Source of the DNA: an uncultured Roseicyclus sp.
GTDB taxonomy: Bacteria > Pseudomonadota > Alphaproteobacteria > Rhodobacterales > Rhodobacteraceae
Direction of reading: 5' to 3'
Length of the DNA stretch: 64,000 nucleotides
Assembly: GCA_947491935.1 (NCBI GenBank)
Contig: CANLLF010000003.1
Location: 580,397 to 644,396 of the forward strand
A model generated the notes under the pieces. That model ran no database searches, had not been told where the DNA came from, and saw nothing but the letters and a program-made list of their open reading frames with translations. Below, piece by piece: positions 57,904-64,000 of the stretch. The position numbers were made by a program, and so were the translations under genes. Every line of letters begins with the position of its first letter. The stretch's first letter is position 1.

Positions 57904-58035
57904 GGGTTGTGATTGTGGGTTGGGGAAGCAAAAACAAGAACTTACGTATGGGGTTTTATTTTACCCCATCGATTTCGCAAGGTTTTCGCCCCCTCGGTCA
58001 AATTCCCGCCCGAAATCGATACGATCCATGGGCCC

Positions 58036-58716
58036 ATGGTCCGCATGGCCCTCCTCACCGCCTTCGTTCTGCTCACCGCGGCGTGCAACCGCACCACCCA
58101 TACGTGGAACCAGCGCATGACCGTCACGATAGAAACGCCCGACGGCATCGTCAGCGGATCGTCCGTGGTGGAGGTCACAGCGGTCTTCTGTGACCCCGGC
58201 TGCGGCCTTGCTGGCGATATCCAGGTCAACTACAGCCACCGAGGCGAGGCCGTGGCCGTCGAAGTCCTCCCCGGCCAATGGCTCTTCGCGCTCATTGGCA
58301 ACCCTGCGGAGCTGATGTACCGCGCCTCTCCGGACCGGTTCGGTGGCATCCCAAGGCATGATCGGGGCCGGTTGCTCGCCGAGACGCCGCGGCAAACGGA
58401 GGCGGTGGAGTTGACCGGAGGGTTGCGGCCGCATCTGGTGACATTCGCTGACATCACCGTTCCGGCAAGCGTCATGGCTGTCGATGCAGGCAATTTGGCC
58501 GCCGCGTTCGGAGATGGTGTGCGGTTGATGGACGTGACTCTTGAAGTGACGCGGGAGGAGGCGGCGTTCGGCAATGTGACCACGGTGCTGGAATGGCTGG
58601 AGGACGTCTGGCCCAACAGGCTGGATGGACTGCGTTATGGATCGATTGAAAGTCTGTTTCCCTTCGCCAACTCCCTCTCGGCGAATTCTTTTTCGACGGA
58701 AATTGGAGACGAATAA
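58036..58716 (+). CDS. Putative lipoprotein of unknown function
   Basis: Lipobox LTAA-C; WNQRMTVTIETPDG.VSGSSVVEV, GEAVAVEV, LVTFADI..PASV..VD..NLAA.FG.GV.L. Confidence 0.75.
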   Translation: MVRMALLTAFVLLTAACNRTTHTWNQRMTVTIETPDGIVSGSSVVEVTAVFCDPGCGLAGDIQVNYSHRGEAVAVEVLPGQWLFALIGNPAELMYRASPDRFGGIPRHDRGRLLAETPRQTEAVELTGGLRPHLVTFADITVPASVMAVDAGNLAAAFGDGVRLMDVTLEVTREEAAFGNVTTVLEWLEDVWPNRLDGLRYGSIESLFPFANSLSANSFSTEIGDE

Positions 58717-58758
58717 CTTCCCTTGCCCCCGACCCGGCCAACACCCTATCCCCTCCCC

Positions 58759-59184
58759 ATGACAGCCACGCCACCCAACGCCCCCGCCAAGCCCCACCTG
58801 ACCCATCAAAACGGCGAAACCTACGCCGGCACCCACCTGATCATCGACATCACCGGCGGTCGGCACCTCGACGACCCGGCGACCATCGAACAGGCCCTGC
58901 GCGACGCGACTGAGGCCACCGGCGCCACCCTCCTGCACCTTCACACCCACCGCTTCTCCCCCCAGGGCGTCACCGGCATCGCGGTCCTCGCCGAAAGCCA
59001 CATCGCGTGCCACACCTGGCCCGAAATCGGCTACGCGGCCTTCGATATCTTCATGTGCGGCAACACGCAGCCCCACGCCGCCATCGCGGTTCTGAAGCGC
59101 CATTTTTGCACCGACGATATCCAGGTGCGCGAATTGCACCGCGGCGCCGAGGCCATGGCCGCGCCCCACGCACCGCCCCCCTGA
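58759..59184 (+). CDS. speD: S-adenosylmethionine decarboxylase proenzyme family (class 1b)
   Basis: GTHLIIDI, H.FSP.GVTGIAVLAESHI..HTWPE, DIFMCG. Confidence 0.9.
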   Translation: MTATPPNAPAKPHLTHQNGETYAGTHLIIDITGGRHLDDPATIEQALRDATEATGATLLHLHTHRFSPQGVTGIAVLAESHIACHTWPEIGYAAFDIFMCGNTQPHAAIAVLKRHFCTDDIQVRELHRGAEAMAAPHAPPP

Positions 59185-59206
59185 CCAGGCACAACCACCC
59201 TGATCC

Positions 59207-59252
59207 CTTCCATTGGTCAAAAATACCCAAAAGCCCGCCGCAGGCGGTCGCC
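59207..59252 (+). repeat. Dispersed intergenic repeat family A, copy 3
   Basis: cttccattggtcaaaaatacccaaaagcccgccgcaggcggtcgcc. Confidence 0.55.
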
Positions 59253-59320
59253 CGAACGCAGTGAGGGCCACCGCGGTCGCGGGGCGCAAGGGCCCGCAAG
59301 GGCCCGAGCACGCGCCGCTC

Positions 59321-59743
59321 TCAGCCCCGGGGCGGGATCGAATAGGTCATCGACGCGCGCGCCACCGGCTCTTCCATCCCGTCGGAATAGATCAGGCACT
59401 CGCCCACCGCCAGAACGCGCCCCAGCTTCAGCAACCGGCATTCGCAGATCAGGTCGACGCCCGCCACCGGCTTGCGCATGAAATCGAAAGAGCCGCCCGT
59501 CGTCACTGCAAGCGCCTCCCGCCCCGTCATCGCAAGGACCGCCATGTAAACCGACACATCCGCCAGCGCGAACATGGCAGGCCCCGACACCGTGCCGCCG
59601 GGCCGCAAATGGCGCTCGGCCACCGGCATCCGGACCCGTACCGCGCGGTCCGCGACCTCTTCGATCACAAAATCCCCACGCACCTGCGGAAACACCTCGT
59701 CGAGATAAGCCATGATCTCGTCGGCCTGCATGATGATGTCCAT
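59321..59743 (-). CDS. PaaI-family thioesterase
   Basis: HLRPGGTVSGPAMFALAD hotdog motif, KLGRVLAVGE. Confidence 0.92.
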   Translation of the reverse strand: MDIIMQADEIMAYLDEVFPQVRGDFVIEEVADRAVRVRMPVAERHLRPGGTVSGPAMFALADVSVYMAVLAMTGREALAVTTGGSFDFMRKPVAGVDLICECRLLKLGRVLAVGECLIYSDGMEEPVARASMTYSIPPRG

Positions 59744-59813
59744 GGCTCTTTCCCCTTGGCCCCTGCCCGGCTAACTTTCCGCCAAGCCGCCCCAAGCGCA
59801 AGGGAAAGACCAT

Positions 59814-60602
59814 ATGTCCGATACGCTCGTCACCCGTGAAGACCACGGGCCCATTGCCCATCTGACGCTCGAGTCCCCCGGCAATCTCAATGCGCTGAGC
59901 AACGAGATGCTGGCCGCCCTGCAGGCGCGGTTCGACACGTTGGCGGAGGATCGGAACACCAAGGTGATCGTGCTGAAAGGCGCAGGCCGGGCGTTCTGCG
60001 CGGGCCACGATCTCAAGCAGATGCAGGCTGCCCGGCAGGCGGATGATGGCGGCGTGTCGGCCTGGAAGGATCTCTTCGACCGTTGCTCGGCCCTGATGCA
60101 GACCATCCCGCGCCTGCCCCAGCCCGTCATCGCACAGGTCCATGGGCTCGCGGCCGCCGCCGGGTGCCAGCTGGTGGCCTCTTGCGATCTCGCCGTCGCG
60201 GCGGAGGACGCGAAATTCGGTGTGAATGGCGTGAATATTGGCCTCTTCTGCTCCACGCCCATGGTGGCGCTCGGCCGGGTGATGCCCCGCAAACAGGTGT
60301 TCGAGATGCTGACAACCGGCGAATTCCTGACGGCTCCACGGGCGCGGGACGTCGGGTTGATCAACCGCACCGCCCCTGCCGAGGAGTTGGACGCCGCCAT
60401 ACAGGATCTGGCCGAGACGATTGCGGCCAAGCTCGGCTCGGCCGTCAGCATCGGCAAACGCGCCTTCTACGAGCAGGCCGACCTGACGCTGGCCCAAGCT
60501 TATGCCCTGACCGGCGACGTGATGGTCGAAAACATGGTCAATGCGCAGACCGAGGAAGGCATCACCGCCTTCCTCGAAAAACGTCCGCCCGATTGGTCCT
60601 GA
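59814..60602 (+). CDS. Enoyl-CoA hydratase/isomerase
   Basis: AFCAGHDLK, AAAAGCQLVASCDLAVA, GLFCSTPMV. Confidence 0.93.
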   Translation: MSDTLVTREDHGPIAHLTLESPGNLNALSNEMLAALQARFDTLAEDRNTKVIVLKGAGRAFCAGHDLKQMQAARQADDGGVSAWKDLFDRCSALMQTIPRLPQPVIAQVHGLAAAAGCQLVASCDLAVAAEDAKFGVNGVNIGLFCSTPMVALGRVMPRKQVFEMLTTGEFLTAPRARDVGLINRTAPAEELDAAIQDLAETIAAKLGSAVSIGKRAFYEQADLTLAQAYALTGDVMVENMVNAQTEEGITAFLEKRPPDWS

Positions 60603-60665
60603 GCGGCTGGGAAACACGTCAAAAGGACTGAGAAAGGGTAAGCAAGGATCCCTTTTTTCTATTAA

Positions 60666-60700
60666 TTCAAGTTCTTAACCCACCTTATCAACCTTGATAA
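60666..60700 (+). repeat. Dispersed AT-rich repeat family B, copy 2
   Basis: ttcaagttcttaacccaccttatcaaccttgataa; contains perfect TTATCA-N4-TGATAA. Confidence 0.65.
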
Positions 60701-60707
60701 GCCCGCC

Positions 60708-62174
60708 TCACACCCCGAACAACGCCCCGTATTTGGCATCCAGATAATCCAGAAGCGGCGCTTCGCTGATCTCCGCCCCCGTCGCGTGTTCAATCGTCTC
60801 CCGCGGCGTCCGCAACCCGCCATGGCGCTGCACTCGCTCCCGCAACCACTCCAGTGCAGGCGCTGGGTTGCCCTCGGCCAAAGCGTCATCCAGATCCGGC
60901 AGGTCCCGCCGCAACGCCGCATGCAGACAGCCCGCATAGACGTTTCCAAGGGAATAGGTCGGGAAATACCCGAAAAGCCCCACCGACCAATGCACGTCCT
61001 GCAAGACGCCATTGGACGGCCTGTCGACCGCGATCCCGAAATCGCTGGCAAACCGCGCGTTCCACGCCTCTTCCAGATCCGCCACTTCAAGCGCCCCGCC
61101 AAAAAGCTGCCGCTCCAGGTCGAACCGCATCATGATATGCAGGTTGTAATGCACCTCATCGGCCTCGGTGCGGATGAAGCCGGTCTCCACCCGGTTCACC
61201 ACCCGCGCGAAATCCGCTGCATCCGCCGAAAGCGGCCCGAAATGCGCCGCCATGCGCCCGTACAGGTGGCCGGTGAAGGCCGGGGAACGCGCCAGCTGGT
61301 TCTCGTAGATCCGGCTCTGGCTTTCATGCACGCCCATCGACACGCCGTCCCCGATTGCCGTCAGGCGGAACTCCGGGGCGATATTCTGTTCATAGGTGGC
61401 GTGGCCGACCTCATGGATCGTGGAATAGAGGCACCCCATCGGCTCGGCGGGATCCACCCGCGTGGTGATCCGCACATCGGCCCCCGAACCGGAGCTGAAC
61501 GGATGCACCGCCAGATCGAGGCGGCCATTCTCGAACCTGTAACCGAAGCTTTCGGCCATCTCGCGGCTCAGCGCCATCTGGCCGTCTTCCGGGAAGTGGC
61601 CGGTCAGCGGCGACGGCATCTCCGCGCCCGCCAGCCGCTCACGCAGCGCAAGAAGCCGGGGCCGCATCCGGTCGAACAAAGCGGCGATCTCGTCGCCCGT
61701 GGTACCCGGTTCGTAATCCTGCAGCAGGGTGTCGTAGAGGTCCGCGCCATCGGCAATCGCCGCAGCCTCCTGACGGCGCAGATCCACCACCTGTCTCAGC
61801 GTCGGCAAAAAGGCGGCCACGTCCTCCTCGGCCCGCGCCCTGGCCCAGATGCCCTGCGCAACCGAGGTCAGCCGCGCCAGCTCGCTGGCCAGATCGGCGG
61901 GCACCTTGACCGCACGGGCATGGGCGCGTGCAATCTCGCGGAGTTGTGCGGCCTCCGCGTCGGTGCGCGCCTCGGCGGCCGCGAGCCACTCACCCACGCG
62001 CGGGTCCGTCCGGCGGGCATGGAGCACGTCTTCCAGCGCGGCCATCTCGTCGCCCCGCTGCTCGGCCGCGCCCTCGGGCATCATGGTTTCCTGGTCCCAT
62101 CCCAGACGCCCCATGACCTGGCCCAAAGCCTCGGTCTTGCGCTGAAAGCTCAGAAGATCGTCGATTGCCGCCAT
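60708..62174 (-). CDS. Carboxypeptidase, M32 (Taq) family
   Basis: WDQETMMP, HPF, DVRITTR, HEVGH zinc motif, HESQS, IRTEADE, QDVHW. Confidence 0.95.
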   Translation of the reverse strand: MAAIDDLLSFQRKTEALGQVMGRLGWDQETMMPEGAAEQRGDEMAALEDVLHARRTDPRVGEWLAAAEARTDAEAAQLREIARAHARAVKVPADLASELARLTSVAQGIWARARAEEDVAAFLPTLRQVVDLRRQEAAAIADGADLYDTLLQDYEPGTTGDEIAALFDRMRPRLLALRERLAGAEMPSPLTGHFPEDGQMALSREMAESFGYRFENGRLDLAVHPFSSGSGADVRITTRVDPAEPMGCLYSTIHEVGHATYEQNIAPEFRLTAIGDGVSMGVHESQSRIYENQLARSPAFTGHLYGRMAAHFGPLSADAADFARVVNRVETGFIRTEADEVHYNLHIMMRFDLERQLFGGALEVADLEEAWNARFASDFGIAVDRPSNGVLQDVHWSVGLFGYFPTYSLGNVYAGCLHAALRRDLPDLDDALAEGNPAPALEWLRERVQRHGGLRTPRETIEHATGAEISEAPLLDYLDAKYGALFGV

Positions 62175-62179
62175 GCGGG

Positions 62180-63316
62180 TCAGGCCCCTCTTACGGATTG
62201 TGGAAGCGGGTAGCGGGCCAGGAACCGCGCCCGAAGGATGAGTGTGATCAGAATCCCCGCCCCGAATTGGTGCAGGATCGCCAGATACCATGGCGAGGAT
62301 TGCATCACCGTCACGATGCCAAGCACGATCTGCCCGAACATCATCACTGCCATCCAGTCAAAGGCCCGCCTTGTGGCCGTCCGGGCAGAGCGGCGCGCCA
62401 TGATCCACGCCCCGATCCCGAACAGGAACAGAAGATAGCCCGTGATGCGGTGAAAGAACTGCACCGTCCCGTCATTCTCGAACAGGTTGCGGTACCATGG
62501 CTCGATGGCCCACATGTTGGGCGGCGTGAAGGCACCTGCCATCAGGGGCCAGTCGATGTAATTGCGCCCCGCATCGATGCCGGCGACCAGCGCCCCGGTC
62601 AGGATTTGCAGCGCGGTCAGGTGGAGGACCCCCGTGGCCATTCCGGCCAGACGGCGATCCCCCTCGCGCCGGGCGGTCATCAGCTCAGCCTCGGCGCGGC
62701 CAAGCGTCAGAATATACCACGCCATTAGGCCCAGGATCAGGAAGGCAAGACCAAGATGCACCGCCAGTCGGTAGGAGGCGACATCGAACATGCCCGGCGC
62801 CAGGCCCGAATGCACCATCCACCAACCCGCCACGCCTTGCAGTCCGCCAAGCGCGCCTAGAAGCAACAGGCGCCCGGTCCAGCCGGTCGGCACAGACTTG
62901 GTGGCCAAAAGGCCCACGAATCCGACGGCCCAGACAAGCCCAAGCGCCCGCGCCCATTGCCTGTGGCCCCATTCCCACCAATAGATCACCTTGAACTCCG
63001 CAAGGCTCATGCCACGGTTCTGCTCCTGATATTCGGTTGTCGCGCGGTAAGCCTCCAACTCGGCTTCCCATGCGGCCTCATCAAGCGGCGGAATGGCACC
63101 GGTGATCGGCGCCCATTCCGTGATCGACAGGCCGGAATCGGTCAACCGCGTCAGCCCGCCAATGGCAATCTGCACCACCACCATCACGAACAGGATCATC
63201 ACGAAGATCCGGACGCGCCGCCGTCCCCGCCCGCGATCCCGGCTTACGCCACCCGGCGTGGCCGCAGGCTTCCGGGTCTCGCCCACCTCTTCGAAAATGC
63301 TGCGCTGGCCGGACAT
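62180..63316 (-). CDS. ctaA: Heme A synthase (COX15/CtaA type 2)
   Basis: GGLTRLTDSGLSITEW, WWEWGHR, GWWMVHSGL, QFFHR, LAILHQ. Confidence 0.95.
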   Translation of the reverse strand: MSGQRSIFEEVGETRKPAATPGGVSRDRGRGRRRVRIFVMILFVMVVVQIAIGGLTRLTDSGLSITEWAPITGAIPPLDEAAWEAELEAYRATTEYQEQNRGMSLAEFKVIYWWEWGHRQWARALGLVWAVGFVGLLATKSVPTGWTGRLLLLGALGGLQGVAGWWMVHSGLAPGMFDVASYRLAVHLGLAFLILGLMAWYILTLGRAEAELMTARREGDRRLAGMATGVLHLTALQILTGALVAGIDAGRNYIDWPLMAGAFTPPNMWAIEPWYRNLFENDGTVQFFHRITGYLLFLFGIGAWIMARRSARTATRRAFDWMAVMMFGQIVLGIVTVMQSSPWYLAILHQFGAGILITLILRARFLARYPLPQSVRGA

Positions 63317-63436
63317 GGCACAATCCTCTCGTCTCTCGCGCCAGACCTATCCCGCGGACATGGCCCCTTCAAGCGCCCGCGACATCGCGCGCCCCTGCCT
63401 TGCCCCCCGATGCTGGCCTCAAGCACGAGGCGGCCC

Positions 63437-64000
63437 TCAGCCCCTGGGGCGGCGGCCCTCGGCCCATCGCACCATCTGGCGCATCACGCCGTGCAACGTC
63501 TGCACATCCGCGCGGGTCAGATCCAACCGCCCCCACAGATTGCGCAGGGTCAGCTTCATGCTGTCGGCCTTCACCGGCGGCCAGAAGAACCCGGCCTCCT
63601 CCAGCCGCTCCTCATAATGATCCGCCAGCCGTGTCACCTCTTCGCCGGAGGCAAAATCGGTCTTCGCCAATTCCATCACCTGCGGCACCACCTCCGTCGT
63701 CTGTCGCCGCCATTCATAGCCACACAACAACACGCATTGCGCCAGGTTGAGGGAGGGAAACTCCGGGTTCACCGGAACCGAGATGATCGCGTTGGCCGCC
63801 GCGATATCGGCGTTTTCCAGCCCCGCGCGCTCGGGCCCGAACATCACGCCCACCTTGCCGCCTTCCGCCGTGATTGCGCGGGCCTGTTCCATGGCGCGTT
63901 CAGGGCTAACAACCGGCTTGGTCAACCCGCGCTCGCGCGCCGTGGTCGCGAAGACGTAAGTGCAATCTGACAAGGCGCTTGGGACATCGTCGAAGAGGCC
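63437..64000 (-). CDS. trmJ: tRNA/rRNA methyltransferase, SPOUT TrmJ/LasT family, 5'-truncated by window edge
   Basis: FATTARER, MFGPERAGLEN, SLNLAQCV; frame open to window end. Confidence 0.88.
   Translation of the reverse strand, partial: GLFDDVPSALSDCTYVFATTARERGLTKPVVSPERAMEQARAITAEGGKVGVMFGPERAGLENADIAAANAIISVPVNPEFPSLNLAQCVLLCGYEWRRQTTEVVPQVMELAKTDFASGEEVTRLADHYEERLEEAGFFWPPVKADSMKLTLRNLWGRLDLTRADVQTLHGVMRQMVRWAEGRRPRG

Noticed and set aside
60662-60678. CtrA site or dif site in the AT-rich ech/M32 gap
   Set aside because: TTAA half-sites are 9 nt apart rather than 7, and there is no XerC/XerD (TTATGTTAAA-like) arm

Overview
GC-rich alphaproteobacterial chromosomal window of Roseobacter/Rhodobacteraceae type. 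It has a DMSP demethylase dmdA-acuI cluster, a permuted two-piece tmRNA with sspB, an iscR-iscS-suf operon and rplM-rpsI. It is mostly core genes (metA, ppk2, suf, two isocitrate dehydrogenases, fumC, ccdA, a potABC-type transporter, ctaA, trmJ) with small accessory insertions. I found no integrase, transposase, CRISPR array, rRNA or tRNA. The strongest unexplained signal is an unannotated ~195-nt minus-strand structured RNA (38771-38577) with a sigma70-like promoter, a GNRA-capped intrinsic terminator and an operator-like box shared with the promoter of the neighbouring GntR gene. Other leads: a DUF2182 (Met-rich)/DUF1326 (Cys-rich)/DinB block inside the DMSP operon with a perfect FadR-type operator, a His-rich membrane chemoreceptor coupled to a small partner protein, a P450 coupled to a GHSxG membrane protein, a Tat-exported haloalkane dehalogenase module, Irr/ICE boxes (one hidden inside iscS), and two families of short dispersed repeats. 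All family calls come from motif recognition by eye; no searches were run.
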